Source of the DNA: Gammaproteobacteria bacterium
GTDB taxonomy: Bacteria; Pseudomonadota; Gammaproteobacteria; Ga0077554; Ga007554
Direction: 5' to 3'
Length of the DNA stretch: 64,000 nt
Assembly (NCBI GenBank): GCA_016191235.1
Contig: JACPOZ010000021.1
Location: 4,131 to 68,130, forward strand
Notes under the pieces: model-generated
What the model saw: the letters and a program-made list of their open reading frames with translations, nothing else
The model's database searches: none
Told to the model about the DNA's origin: nothing
Part shown: positions 31,489-40,513 of the stretch, piece after piece
Position numbering within the stretch: the stretch's first letter is position 1
Layout of the letters: each line of letters begins with the position of its first letter
Program-made: the position numbers and the translations under genes

Positions 31489-32573
31489 ACTCTTTCTCCG
31501 CTCTCGACCATCCTCACCCGCTGCGTCACCCCGCACAATAATTGGTAAGGGATGGTCGAGGCGCAATGCGCCACCTCTTCCACCGGCAAGCCTTGCCCCC
31601 ACAAGGTCACCGGGTCACCAATCTGCGCGTTGGGTTGACTGCTCAAATCGACGGTGATCATATCCATAGACACGCGCCCGATCAGCGGCACCCGCTTACC
31701 ATTGAGCAGCACCGGCGTACCCGGCGCGGCGTGGCGCGGGTAGCCGTCGCCGTAGCCAATCGCGACGACCCCTACCGGCATATCCAGCGGGCACACCCAG
31801 GATGCCGCATAACCAATCGCATCACCCTTTTTGAAGCGGTTGACGGAGATAAGTTTGGACGTGAGTGTCATCACCGGTTTGAGACCGTCATCCACCGCCA
31901 CACTATCAATGAAAGGTGACACACCGTACAGCATGATGCCGGGGCGCACCCAATCGGCATGGGTCTGCGGCCAACCGAGTATCCCCGCCGAATTGGCGAT
32001 GCCGCGCTCGCCTTCGATGCCGGCGATTGCGGCACTAAAGCATTCCAACTGATGCAGCGTCTGCAAACTATGGCGATCATCGGCACTGGCGAGATGGGTC
32101 ATGAGACGGACCGGGTCAGCCACCCAGCGGCATGCCTTGAGACGCCGCCAGGCATCCTGCGCCTGTTCCGGGGCAAAGCCCAGCCGGTGCATGCCCGAGT
32201 CGATCTTGAGCCAAGTGGGGATGGGTGCCGATAAGGGATGCGCTTCGAGAATATCGAGCTGCGCGGCTTGATGTATCACCACACCAAGGCGGTGATGCTG
32301 GATCAGCGCCAGCTCCTGCGCCTCAAAAAAACCTTCCAGTAGCGTGATCGGGGTCTCGATGCCCGCCTCACGCAGTACGATGGCCTCGTCGATGCTTGCC
32401 ACACCAAAGGCATCGGCGTTGGCCATGGCGCGCGCCACGCGCACCATGCCATGCCCGTAGCCGTTGGCCTTGATGATGGCCATCACATGGCGTCCAGGCG
32501 CCGCCTCGCGCACACGTTGCAGATTGTGCCGCAACGCATCCAGATCAATCAGCGCCGTGGCTGCACGCGCCAT
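31485..32573 (-). CDS. alr: alanine racemase
   Basis: 362 aa with the PLP-lysine motif AIIKANGYGHG. Confidence 0.93.
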   Translation of the reverse strand: MARAATALIDLDALRHNLQRVREAAPGRHVMAIIKANGYGHGMVRVARAMANADAFGVASIDEAIVLREAGIETPITLLEGFFEAQELALIQHHRLGVVIHQAAQLDILEAHPLSAPIPTWLKIDSGMHRLGFAPEQAQDAWRRLKACRWVADPVRLMTHLASADDRHSLQTLHQLECFSAAIAGIEGERGIANSAGILGWPQTHADWVRPGIMLYGVSPFIDSVAVDDGLKPVMTLTSKLISVNRFKKGDAIGYAASWVCPLDMPVGVVAIGYGDGYPRHAAPGTPVLLNGKRVPLIGRVSMDMITVDLSSQPNAQIGDPVTLWGQGLPVEEVAHCASTIPYQLLCGVTQRVRMVESGERV

Positions 32574-33965
32574 TTACTCGCCATCGTTGTAACGGTTGGA
32601 TATGAAATTTTCAAATCGTGTGTATTGCCCGAGGAAGGTCAACCGCGTGGTGCCGATGGGACCATTACGCTGCTTGGCGATGATAATTTCCGCCGTACCC
32701 TTGTCCTGGCTGTCTTCGTGATAAACCTCGTCGCGATAAATGAACACGATCAGATCCGCATCCTGCTCGATAGCGCCGGATTCACGTAGATCGGACATTA
32801 CCGGACGCTTATTGGGCCGCTGTTCAAGACTGCGGTTGAGCTGTGACAGCGCGACTACCGGGACACTCAATTCCTTGGCCAGCGACTTGAGAGAACGCGA
32901 GATTTCCGAGATCTCGGTGGCACGGTTTTCCTTGTTGCCCAACACCTGCATCAACTGTAGATAGTCGATAACAATCATGCCCAGGCCGTGCTCACGCGCC
33001 AGGCGACGCGCGCGCGCGCGCAGGTCGGTGGGGGTCAGCGCCGGCGTATCGTCGATAAACAGCGGGGCTTCGGCAAGTATCCCTACCGCCGAGGTAACAC
33101 GCGGCCAGTCGTCGTCATCAAGCTTACCGGTGCGCAGCTTGTGCTGATCGATGCGCCCCAATGACGACATCATACGCATCGCCAGCTGCTCGCCGGGCAT
33201 TTCCATACTGAACACCGCCACTGGCAACCCGGTCTTGATCGCGGCATGCTCCGCCAGGTTCATCGCAAACGTGGTTTTGCCCATCGACGGGCGGCCCGCG
33301 ACGATAACAAGATCCGAGCGCTGCAGGCCGGAAGTCATCTCATCAAAATCGCTAAATCCGGTAGGCACGCCGGTAATCGGGTTGTCCTGCTGGAACAGGG
33401 TATCGATACGATCCACCGCCTTGACCAGCAAATCCTTGATCGAAGTAAAGCCGCGCTTGCCGCGCGCGCCCCGCTCGGCGATTTCAAACACCAGTTTTTC
33501 GGCATTATCCAGCAATTCGGGGCTATCTCGCCCCTCTGCCGCATACGCACTGTTGGCGATCTCCGTACCAACGCGGATTAACTGACGAAACACCGAACGC
33601 TCGCGCACAATGGCGGCATAGGCTTTGATATTGGCAGCGGTGGGGGTGTTCTTGGCGAGCATGCCAAGATAGGCCAAACCCCCGGCATTTTCCAGCTCGT
33701 TGATGGCCTCAAGCCGTTCGGAGAGGGTGATTACGTCGAAAGGGGTGTTGCGGCTGGAGAGGTCGACGATAGCGCGAAAAATCAGGCGATGATCGCGGCG
33801 ATAAAAATCCTCCTCGACCACCAGGTCCGCCACCTGATCCCAGGCACTATTCTCCAGCATCAGGCCGCCGATGACGGCCTGTTCAGCCTCGATCGAATTC
33901 GGCGGGACCTTCAGCGCCTCGGTCGCTACATCGGGAGATCTTGTTGCGAAGGCTAAGTCGTGCAT
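32574..33965 (-). CDS. dnaB: replicative DNA helicase
   Basis: 463 aa with KVPPNSIEAEQAVIGGLML N-terminus and Walker A GRPSMGKTT. Its stop directly abuts the alr start. Confidence 0.96.
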   Translation of the reverse strand: MHDLAFATRSPDVATEALKVPPNSIEAEQAVIGGLMLENSAWDQVADLVVEEDFYRRDHRLIFRAIVDLSSRNTPFDVITLSERLEAINELENAGGLAYLGMLAKNTPTAANIKAYAAIVRERSVFRQLIRVGTEIANSAYAAEGRDSPELLDNAEKLVFEIAERGARGKRGFTSIKDLLVKAVDRIDTLFQQDNPITGVPTGFSDFDEMTSGLQRSDLVIVAGRPSMGKTTFAMNLAEHAAIKTGLPVAVFSMEMPGEQLAMRMMSSLGRIDQHKLRTGKLDDDDWPRVTSAVGILAEAPLFIDDTPALTPTDLRARARRLAREHGLGMIVIDYLQLMQVLGNKENRATEISEISRSLKSLAKELSVPVVALSQLNRSLEQRPNKRPVMSDLRESGAIEQDADLIVFIYRDEVYHEDSQDKGTAEIIIAKQRNGPIGTTRLTFLGQYTRFENFISNRYNDGE

Positions 33966-33967
33966 AT

Positions 33968-34238
33968 TTAGAGCCTGTCTGTGAATAAATCATCCCTGCG
34001 ACGGAGGCCGGTTTTGAGCAGGGCAAGGAACGCTGAGCGTAGTGTGCTTGTTGCACATAAGCGAAGCGTGACGCCGCACTGCTCAAAACCGGCCCCGTCC
34101 CTCCGGGTTGCGCCCCAAAACACGCCATGCGGCGTTGCTCGCCGCTCATTTGGTACAACCAAACTTCGCACCTCGCGTCTTGCCTGGCGTGTTTTGGGAC
34201 AGCAACGCAGGGATGATTTATTCACAGACAGGCTCTAA
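33968..34238. repeat. 271-bp nested palindromic (MITE-like) element
   Basis: Perfect 33-bp terminal inverted repeats (TIRs), ttagagcctgtctgtgaataaatcatccctgcg (33968-34000) against 34206-34238. Two internal hairpin units: ccggttttgagca...tgctcaaaaccgg and ccaaaacacgcca...tggcgtgttttgg. It generates mirror-image 85-aa ORFs on both strands. Confidence 0.7.
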
Positions 34239-34314
34239 GGAAAAAGATACCGGGAATCAGTATCAGCACGACCTCGCTTTTACTGATCCCCGTCTCCTGA
34301 TCCTTGGCCTCTGA

Positions 34315-34764
34315 TTAGGCCTCAGGCGCTACGACAATCTTCACCTGGGCATTAACATCCGGGTGCAGGTGAATCTCGACATCATACTCACCCACTTGGC
34401 GCAATGCTCCGGCGGGAAGCCGCACTTCATGCTTCTCAACGGCAACACCGGCGGCGGTCACCGCCTCGGCGATATCGCGCGTACCTACGGAGCCAAACAG
34501 CCTGCCTCCCTCACCCGCCTGGCTACGCACCGTCACAACTTTGTCAACCAGCGCTGCAGCACGCGCCTGAGCGGATGCCAGCAGCTCGGCCGCGGCCTTT
34601 TCCAGCTCGGCACGGCGTGCTTCATATTTGGCACGATTCTCAGGGGTAGCAACCGCTGCCTTGCCGCGCGGAATCAGGTAATTCCGGCCATAGCCAGGCT
34701 TGACTGACACCACTTCGCCCAAGACACCCAAATTCTGAACTTTCTCAAGAAGAATCAAATCCAT
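34315..34764 (-). CDS. rplI: 50S ribosomal protein L9
   Basis: ORF trimmed to [13 protein letters not shown] (ATG 34764); 149 aa. Confidence 0.93.
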   Translation of the reverse strand: MDLILLEKVQNLGVLGEVVSVKPGYGRNYLIPRGKAAVATPENRAKYEARRAELEKAAAELLASAQARAAALVDKVVTVRSQAGEGGRLFGSVGTRDIAEAVTAAGVAVEKHEVRLPAGALRQVGEYDVEIHLHPDVNAQVKIVVAPEA

Positions 34765-34803
34765 CTCACAATACCTCACTCATGCAGTGATTATAAAAAC
34801 TGT

Positions 34804-35745
34804 TCAACCTTCAGCAGGCGGCTTCCGGTTAACGCCAAAATAAGATCGGATATTCAACCAATTGTCGGCAAGCCCCACCCCGGCCAGCGCCACCGCCACA
34901 AAAGGCAGCAGAATCGCCATCAAGGTATAAAGGACCATCAACCACGCTGGGTTTGCCTTGGCAGCTGCGGCCACGCCATGCGCCACCGCCAGCCCTTGCA
35001 ACATATACACTCCGGTCAGCACCACCAGCAGGTCTTTCGCGGCATCACCGATACTGCCCGAAACAAACAAGCCCGCGCCAAGCACAATCAAGGCCAGATA
35101 AGCCAGGCGATCCCCCAGGCGCAGAGCGTTATATTCGCTCCCGAAACCACCCGGATTGTAGAGCATCGCCTGCCACCAGCGCGCGATTACCAGACTGAAC
35201 AACAGGGTCAACACCTGCGCCCCAGCCAGGATGCCAGTCATCCGCGACAACACGGCGCCCAGCACCTGCCGTACCTGATCGGCATCGCCCATGCCCGCCT
35301 GCTGCATCGCAGGGAGCATCACAGCCTCAAACATCTTGCCCCACCATGCCGCCGGATCAGGCAGCACCGCATACACGGCGAGAACAATCAACCCACCCAG
35401 CAGCGTTGCCGCCTGGAAAGCCAACGTCAGGGAAACGGTGGCTCGCAACACCAATGCCAGCAGCCACGCCGGCAACCAAATCACCGCCGCAAACACCAGT
35501 CCCGGCGCCGGATTTCCCATAGTCACCAAGGTAAGCGCCGACACGCCTAGCGCCGCCCCGATAACGACAAAGACGCCTTCCCGCGCACCAAGACGCAGCG
35601 CCACCAAGGCAACCACGGCCCCGCTCACAACGGTCATCAAGGGCTGCGCGAATGGCAACAACAGAGAGAGGACGCCAAACAACGCCGCTACCAGCATCGC
35701 CTGGATGCGGCCGCGCATAATAAATGCGGCAAATTTTTGCATCAA
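34804..35745 (-). CDS. polytopic membrane protein (DUF2232/YybS-like)
   Basis: 313 aa, about 8 TM helices. It sits between rpsR and rplI, the same position as yybS in Bacillus. Confidence 0.65.
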   Translation of the reverse strand: MMQKFAAFIMRGRIQAMLVAALFGVLSLLLPFAQPLMTVVSGAVVALVALRLGAREGVFVVIGAALGVSALTLVTMGNPAPGLVFAAVIWLPAWLLALVLRATVSLTLAFQAATLLGGLIVLAVYAVLPDPAAWWGKMFEAVMLPAMQQAGMGDADQVRQVLGAVLSRMTGILAGAQVLTLLFSLVIARWWQAMLYNPGGFGSEYNALRLGDRLAYLALIVLGAGLFVSGSIGDAAKDLLVVLTGVYMLQGLAVAHGVAAAAKANPAWLMVLYTLMAILLPFVAVALAGVGLADNWLNIRSYFGVNRKPPAEG

Positions 35746-35858
35746 ACCGCGCTCGCGCTCGTATCAGGCCGCGCCGACGCTACGAAAGCTATTGCCACCA
35801 GCACAGCTCCAGGAAAAAGACGCAGGGCCTAAACAAAAACTCCCTGCGCCTTCCGCAA

Positions 35859-36083
35859 TCAATGGGCGTCGCAATAGGGCAGCAATGCCAAATAACGAGC
35901 ACGCTTGATGGCGGTGGTCAACTGCCGCTGATATCTGGCACGGGTTCCGGTAATACGGCTCGGCACAATCTTGCCGGTCTCCGTGATGTAGTTCTTCAGT
36001 ACGGCGATATCTTTGTAATCAATTTCTTTGACTTTTTCAGCGGTAAAACGGCAAAACTTTCTGCGACGGAAAAAACGCGACAT
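35859..36083 (-). CDS. rpsR: 30S ribosomal protein S18
   Basis: 74 aa: [25 protein letters not shown]... Confidence 0.95.
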   Translation of the reverse strand: MSRFFRRRKFCRFTAEKVKEIDYKDIAVLKNYITETGKIVPSRITGTRARYQRQLTTAIKRARYLALLPYCDAH

Positions 36084-36131
36084 AAATAATCTCCAGATCT
36101 ATCGAATCAATTGTGATGCAAGGGTCGCAGC

Positions 36132-36542
36132 TTACTCTGCCGCCACTGCCAAGTCGCCCTCGACATCTTCGGCGACCTCTTCAACATCCGGCCGGAACTT
36201 GACCTCGCGATCTTCACGGTCTTCAGCGGACTTGGCCAAAAGCGATGGCGTGGTAATCGCCTCGCTGCATGAGACAACCAGATTACGCAGCACGGCGTCG
36301 TTAAAGCGGAAAGCACTGGTGAGTTCGCTGATAGTCTCGGTGCCGCATTCGATATTCATCAGCACATAATGTGCCTTGTGGACCTTATTGATCGGGTAAG
36401 CCAGCTGACGGCGGCCCCAGTCCTCAAGGCGATGGATGGTCCCACCCTTGGATTCGATCGTCGAGCGGTAACGCTCGATCATGGCGGGAACCTGCTCACT
36501 CTGGTCTGGATGGACCAGAAACACGATTTCATAATGCTTCAT
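36132..36542 (-). CDS. rpsF: 30S ribosomal protein S6
   Basis: 136 aa with [18 protein letters not shown] start and an acidic C-terminal tail. No priB between rpsF and rpsR. Confidence 0.95.
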   Translation of the reverse strand: MKHYEIVFLVHPDQSEQVPAMIERYRSTIESKGGTIHRLEDWGRRQLAYPINKVHKAHYVLMNIECGTETISELTSAFRFNDAVLRNLVVSCSEAITTPSLLAKSAEDREDREVKFRPDVEEVAEDVEGDLAVAAE

Positions 36543-36832
36543 AAGTGCTCCTTACGGTTTATAGCAGCCTTCTACGCCTTTGCTATTGAAATGACGCGGG
36601 AAGGCAAGGAGTGAAAATTTACCTAAACAAACAACTACAACTAACTAAGCCGAACATTGTACATTACTCCTTGCAAACCATGCAATTTTGTTTGATTCCG
36701 CCGCCAGGAAGAGCGCCCGCAGAAAAAGCTAAAAAAGCATTGCGTTTCCCATTCCAATGCTATATATATATCCAACGGTTGGTTCAATCTGACAAACCGC
36801 CTAACACACTAATGATGGGGAGGGTGTAAATA

Positions 36833-36961
36833 ATGGTTCAAAATATTGGCATCAACATTCTGATTCCTTTGGCAGTATTTGGCTTCCTGATCTTTGGTTC
36901 AGGCTTGATCGCAAGCGCTGCTTTCAAGGACATCGCCGGACGGAAAGGCAAGAAGAGCTAA
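36833..36961 (+). CDS. 42-aa single-TM micro-protein (hypothetical)
   Basis: Not in the ORF track (under 60 aa). ATG at 36833 lies 8 nt after ggggaggg. Sequence is MVQNIGINILIPLAVFGFLIFGSGLIASAAFKDIAGRKGKKS, a hydrophobic helix with a basic tail. Followed by a strong terminator. Confidence 0.4.
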   Translation: MVQNIGINILIPLAVFGFLIFGSGLIASAAFKDIAGRKGKKS

Positions 36962-36973
36962 CGCTCGCTACGG

Positions 36974-37018
36974 CCCTAAATAAAAAAGCCCGGCATTGCC
37001 GGGCTTTTTTATTTAGGG
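36974..37018. terminator. bidirectional rho-independent terminator (45-bp perfect palindrome)
   Basis: ccctaaataaaaaagcccggca-t-tgccgggcttttttatttaggg. A GC stem (gcccggc/gccgggc) is flanked by A6 and T6. It lies between the convergent micro-ORF and the 910-aa gene. Confidence 0.8.
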
Positions 37019-37032
37019 TTTCTCAAAATCCG

Positions 37033-39765
37033 CTAATTTTGAACTGGCAACAAAGAGTGGGGCTTTTTTTGCGCCTGTCCCAGGCCAAGATCATAAATGT
37101 CACGATCCAGGGGGCTGAGTGCCTTGAGACGGGCGCGATAAAACGACGCCATCTTACCATCGCCGGCATCCCTCTCCATGCGCCATAAGGCCCGCAAGGC
37201 CTCGACATGGTCTGGACGCACCTGCAAAATAGCCTGCAAGGCCTGCCGTTTGTTCATGCCGCGATCCAGCGCCTGTGGCAATGTCGCCAGCATCTTGTCG
37301 GCCAGGTCAAAACCAATCCAGCGATCACGGGGATTGGCCTCAAAGGCGAGGCGCATCAGACGCTGCGCCTCGCCCGTATTATCACCACGCAGCGCAGCCA
37401 CCCAGCTTCTCGCCGCCAAAAAAGAGGCCACATAGCTGCGCTCGAATTCCTGCGCATTATTGGCCGGCACATTCATGGCGAGCGCTGCCTGCGCCAAGCC
37501 TGGCCGCTGCTCCAGCAGCTTGGACAATAATACATCGAGATTAAATGCATCGCGGTAACGTGCGCGCGGCAAACGGTATTCGATCTGCGGCGCCCATTCA
37601 TCCTGCACCGGACCCACGCCTGGCGGAATCGGTCCCCAGTAGCGGCCCAACCATGTCCATGCACCCTCCCCGCCCGTCGCGGCGGATTGCCCGGCTTGCG
37701 CAAGACGGCCCAAATTTGCCAGCAATGCGGGCGCGCCCTGCACAACGTCCTTCGGACCTACCAATGCGACGCGGAAACCATCCATAAAAATTACCGCACC
37801 GGGGAAAACCTTCCGAAAGCTGCGGAAAATTATACCCAATGATCCGGCATCGAATTGATTCAGGGCCAGCCACTGCACAAACAACCCATTTTCCGTCAAC
37901 CTGTCACGGGCGCGCTGAAATTGCTGCACTGACAACAAGGCACTATGCCCCACCAGATCGGGATGAAACAAATCGCCAATAATGACATCGTAATGCCCCG
38001 TATCCCGGCGCAAAAAGCGTCGCGCGTCATCTCGCGTCACAGCCAGCTTGCCCATCACATCCTGATTCACCGGCGCAAACCACTGCGCCGCTGCCGTAAT
38101 AGCCCCCTGCGAAAGCTCCACTGCCTTGCGCGACAATTGCGGGTACGGCAGCGATCCCGCCGCAGATATCCCCGTACCCAAGCCAAGAAACAGCACCGAG
38201 TGCGGCGCGGGGTGCAGCATCAGTGGCAAACGGGCCTGATTTTGCTGCGCCTCGACAGCAGCGGGATCGGAAGATGCGTCCATGCGCTGCAAATCGGCCA
38301 GCAACAAACGCTGACCGTCGACCCGTTCCACAACGTGGGTAATTGAGATGGCATCTTCATGCACATAAATATCCTGACTACCCGCCTGGGTCACAGGCAG
38401 CAGCACATTCACTGCGGGCAGCTCATACACCCTGCCCACCCCCGCCAGACCCATTACACCGAGCATAGTCAGCCAGGGCCAGCGGCTATCCGCCCACACC
38501 ATGCCGCACGCGAATAACAAAACTGCCGCCAGACACAAAGTACCCATGGTTCCCAGCCAGGGTATGAGCACAAATCCCGCCAGCACTGCACCCAACGCCG
38601 CACCCAACGAATTGACGCCATACAGCCACGATCCAGTGCTATGCTGATCTCCCAGTCGGCTATTGAGCAACGGCAACCACGCACCGAGCGCCAGCGTCAC
38701 CGGCAAGGTCAGCGCGGCCACAGCCAGCCCCTGCCACCACAATGCGCCCGCGAGGGATGAAAAATGCGCCTTTTCGACCCACGCCGCCAACTGCGGTACC
38801 AGCCCCAGGCCCAGCAGGCTAAAACTGCCCGCCAGCAACGGCAACACAGCAAACCAGCGCGCGCCGCGCATGTGCCGCGCCGCCAAGCTGCCCAGACCAA
38901 TACCCACCAGGAACACTGCCAGCAGCACTGCCAGCACATATTCGGTACGCAACAGGATCATGCCGAACAGGCGCGTCCAACCCACCTGCAGCATCAATGC
39001 CGCCGCACCCACGCCGGCATAGGCGGCGAGCGATACGAATGATAACCGCGCAGCGCCTTCCCTTGGGCTTTCCTTCGCAGCCGCAGCGTTCGCCAGCGGC
39101 GTAAAGGACAACAAAAACGCCGCCATGCCCACGCACAACCCAATCCCGGCAACCACCCGCACAGCGCTCGACCATCCCAGCCATGGCAACAGCAGCAAGG
39201 GCAATAACGCCCCCGCCGCGCCACCCACGGCATTGAAGCCATAGATCTTGCCTAATGAGACACTGGGTGATGCGGCTCCGCCTGCAAGCACCCTAAGCAC
39301 CAAAGGGAATCCCGCCCCCATTGCCAGCGCGGGGACAAACAACAATACCAATGCGGCCAGGGATTGCAACGCATACCATACCGTAAGCTCCGCCTGCGCG
39401 GCATACGCACCCAGCCAGCCATCCAGCACCTGCTGCATCCATGGCATACACAGGGCATAGAGAGCGACCCCAACCTCCAGCGCGGCAAAAGCCACCAGCG
39501 GCGCCCGCGCGTTGCGCGCAAACCTTACTCCCAGCAAACTGCCCAGGCCAAGGCCAGCCATGAAGGTGGCGACCGTCACCACCACACCGAAAATGCTGAC
39601 CCCGAATTGCAGGCCCAACATGCGTGCCCACAAAACCTCATAGGCGAGGCTGGTCAGGCCGGAGATAAAATACAGCAGGATCAGTACCCAGACCCAACGG
39701 TGGGGGGCATTGCCTTGCGGAGAGGAATCGCTCAAGTCAGATTTGAGCGCCTGATCAACTTGCAT
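37033..39765 (-). CDS. fused polytopic membrane (MFS-like) / spermidine-synthase-like / TPR protein
   Basis: 910 aa. About 14 N-terminal TM helices, a central SAM-fold aminopropyltransferase-like segment (VLFLGLGTGISAAGSL...YDVIIGDLFHPDL) and a C-terminal TPR-like region. Confidence 0.78.
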   Translation of the reverse strand: MQVDQALKSDLSDSSPQGNAPHRWVWVLILLYFISGLTSLAYEVLWARMLGLQFGVSIFGVVVTVATFMAGLGLGSLLGVRFARNARAPLVAFAALEVGVALYALCMPWMQQVLDGWLGAYAAQAELTVWYALQSLAALVLLFVPALAMGAGFPLVLRVLAGGAASPSVSLGKIYGFNAVGGAAGALLPLLLLPWLGWSSAVRVVAGIGLCVGMAAFLLSFTPLANAAAAKESPREGAARLSFVSLAAYAGVGAAALMLQVGWTRLFGMILLRTEYVLAVLLAVFLVGIGLGSLAARHMRGARWFAVLPLLAGSFSLLGLGLVPQLAAWVEKAHFSSLAGALWWQGLAVAALTLPVTLALGAWLPLLNSRLGDQHSTGSWLYGVNSLGAALGAVLAGFVLIPWLGTMGTLCLAAVLLFACGMVWADSRWPWLTMLGVMGLAGVGRVYELPAVNVLLPVTQAGSQDIYVHEDAISITHVVERVDGQRLLLADLQRMDASSDPAAVEAQQNQARLPLMLHPAPHSVLFLGLGTGISAAGSLPYPQLSRKAVELSQGAITAAAQWFAPVNQDVMGKLAVTRDDARRFLRRDTGHYDVIIGDLFHPDLVGHSALLSVQQFQRARDRLTENGLFVQWLALNQFDAGSLGIIFRSFRKVFPGAVIFMDGFRVALVGPKDVVQGAPALLANLGRLAQAGQSAATGGEGAWTWLGRYWGPIPPGVGPVQDEWAPQIEYRLPRARYRDAFNLDVLLSKLLEQRPGLAQAALAMNVPANNAQEFERSYVASFLAARSWVAALRGDNTGEAQRLMRLAFEANPRDRWIGFDLADKMLATLPQALDRGMNKRQALQAILQVRPDHVEALRALWRMERDAGDGKMASFYRARLKALSPLDRDIYDLGLGQAQKKPHSLLPVQN

Positions 39766-39795
39766 GAGGTGTTTTTAAGTTAGGCAAAAAGATCG

Positions 39796-40170
39796 TCAGA
39801 AAGGAAAGAACCAGACAATGGCAGTGACCGCATGGGCAATCGCCAGAAAAACGCTGAATCCCGCAAATATCATATGCGCAACAAAAACCTGCTTGCCATA
39901 CACAGCCATCGCGATACCGAGCGCGGCAGCGCCAATAATACCAATCAGCAACAAGATGCCCATGATAAATAAAATCTGGTGCTTCTTTTTATCGGAAATC
40001 AACACATCCTTGCCGACAGTCTGCTCCTTGTTGACAAAGGATTGCATCACCTCCTGACTCTCATTTGCCCTGACCGGCGGCGACGCCATTGCACCCATAA
40101 AAATCGCCACAAGGAATAACACCAGCCAGCTTTTCCTGGCACCCACCATGCGGCAACTTGCTGCTGTCAT
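39796..40170 (-). CDS. small membrane protein (hypothetical)
   Basis: 124 aa with a signal/anchor helix and two C-terminal TM helices. GGAG SD 8 nt before the ATG at 40170. Ends 30 nt upstream of the 910-aa gene. Confidence 0.55.
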   Translation of the reverse strand: MTAASCRMVGARKSWLVLFLVAIFMGAMASPPVRANESQEVMQSFVNKEQTVGKDVLISDKKKHQILFIMGILLLIGIIGAAALGIAMAVYGKQVFVAHMIFAGFSVFLAIAHAVTAIVWFFPF

Positions 40171-40192
40171 GCTTCCAACTCCGACACATATT

Positions 40193-40212
40193 AAAAAGCC
40201 CCGAACGGGGCT
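40193..40212 (-). terminator. rho-independent terminator-like hairpin
   Basis: On the minus strand: agcccc-gttc-ggggct followed by ttttt. It lies only 23 nt upstream of the ATG at 40170. Confidence 0.55.
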
Positions 40213-40258
40213 TTGATCAACAATAATTCATCCTGCAACAAAAAACCTGCGCCTCCTG

Positions 40259-40498
40259 CTACGCCTCTTCCGGCTCCTTGGTTACCTCGGCCCCCTCTGC
40301 GCGTTTGCGCATGGCAAAATACCAATAAAGGATCGCTATAATAATGATGGGACCCAATACCATGGGCAACAAAAACAAAAAAATTAGCCAAGGCGTATCA
40401 ATCGTAACATGCAAATAGCGGTAGCTATCCAGCGCCAAGGCGGAATCCGATAGCAACAACAGCGGAAAAAAACCAAACAAACCAATATATTTTTTCAT
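40259..40498 (-). CDS. small exported/membrane protein (hypothetical)
   Basis: ORF trimmed to the ATG at 40498 (MKKYIGLFGFFPLLLL...), preceded by AGAGGTGG. One further TM helix and a charged tail. Confidence 0.5.
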   Translation of the reverse strand: MKKYIGLFGFFPLLLLSDSALALDSYRYLHVTIDTPWLIFLFLLPMVLGPIIIIAILYWYFAMRKRAEGAEVTKEPEEA

Positions 40499-40513
40499 AA
40501 TTACCACCTCTGA

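Noticed and set aside
31186-31602. Long (138-aa) version of the Dabb ORF starting at 31602.
   Set aside because: It would overlap the alr 3' end by 118 nt, and its N-terminal 38 residues are Gly/Arg-rich junk. The Dabb domain starts exactly at the GTG at 31488 (IKHIVLWKLKE).
33968-34238. Two 85-aa ORFs (33968-34225 minus, 33981-34238 plus) with identical N- and C-termini (MNKSSLR...RRDDLFTDRL).
   Set aside because: The mirror-image similarity is a direct consequence of the palindromic DNA element. Both are Arg-rich and implausible as proteins, so I called the region a repeat element instead.
36543-36640. rpsF 5' leader as the S6:S18-binding autoregulatory RNA motif.
   Set aside because: A gccttc...gaaggc helix can be drawn upstream of the rpsF SD. 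I cannot verify the conserved bulge or the CCG feature by eye, so I left it uncalled pending a covariance-model search.
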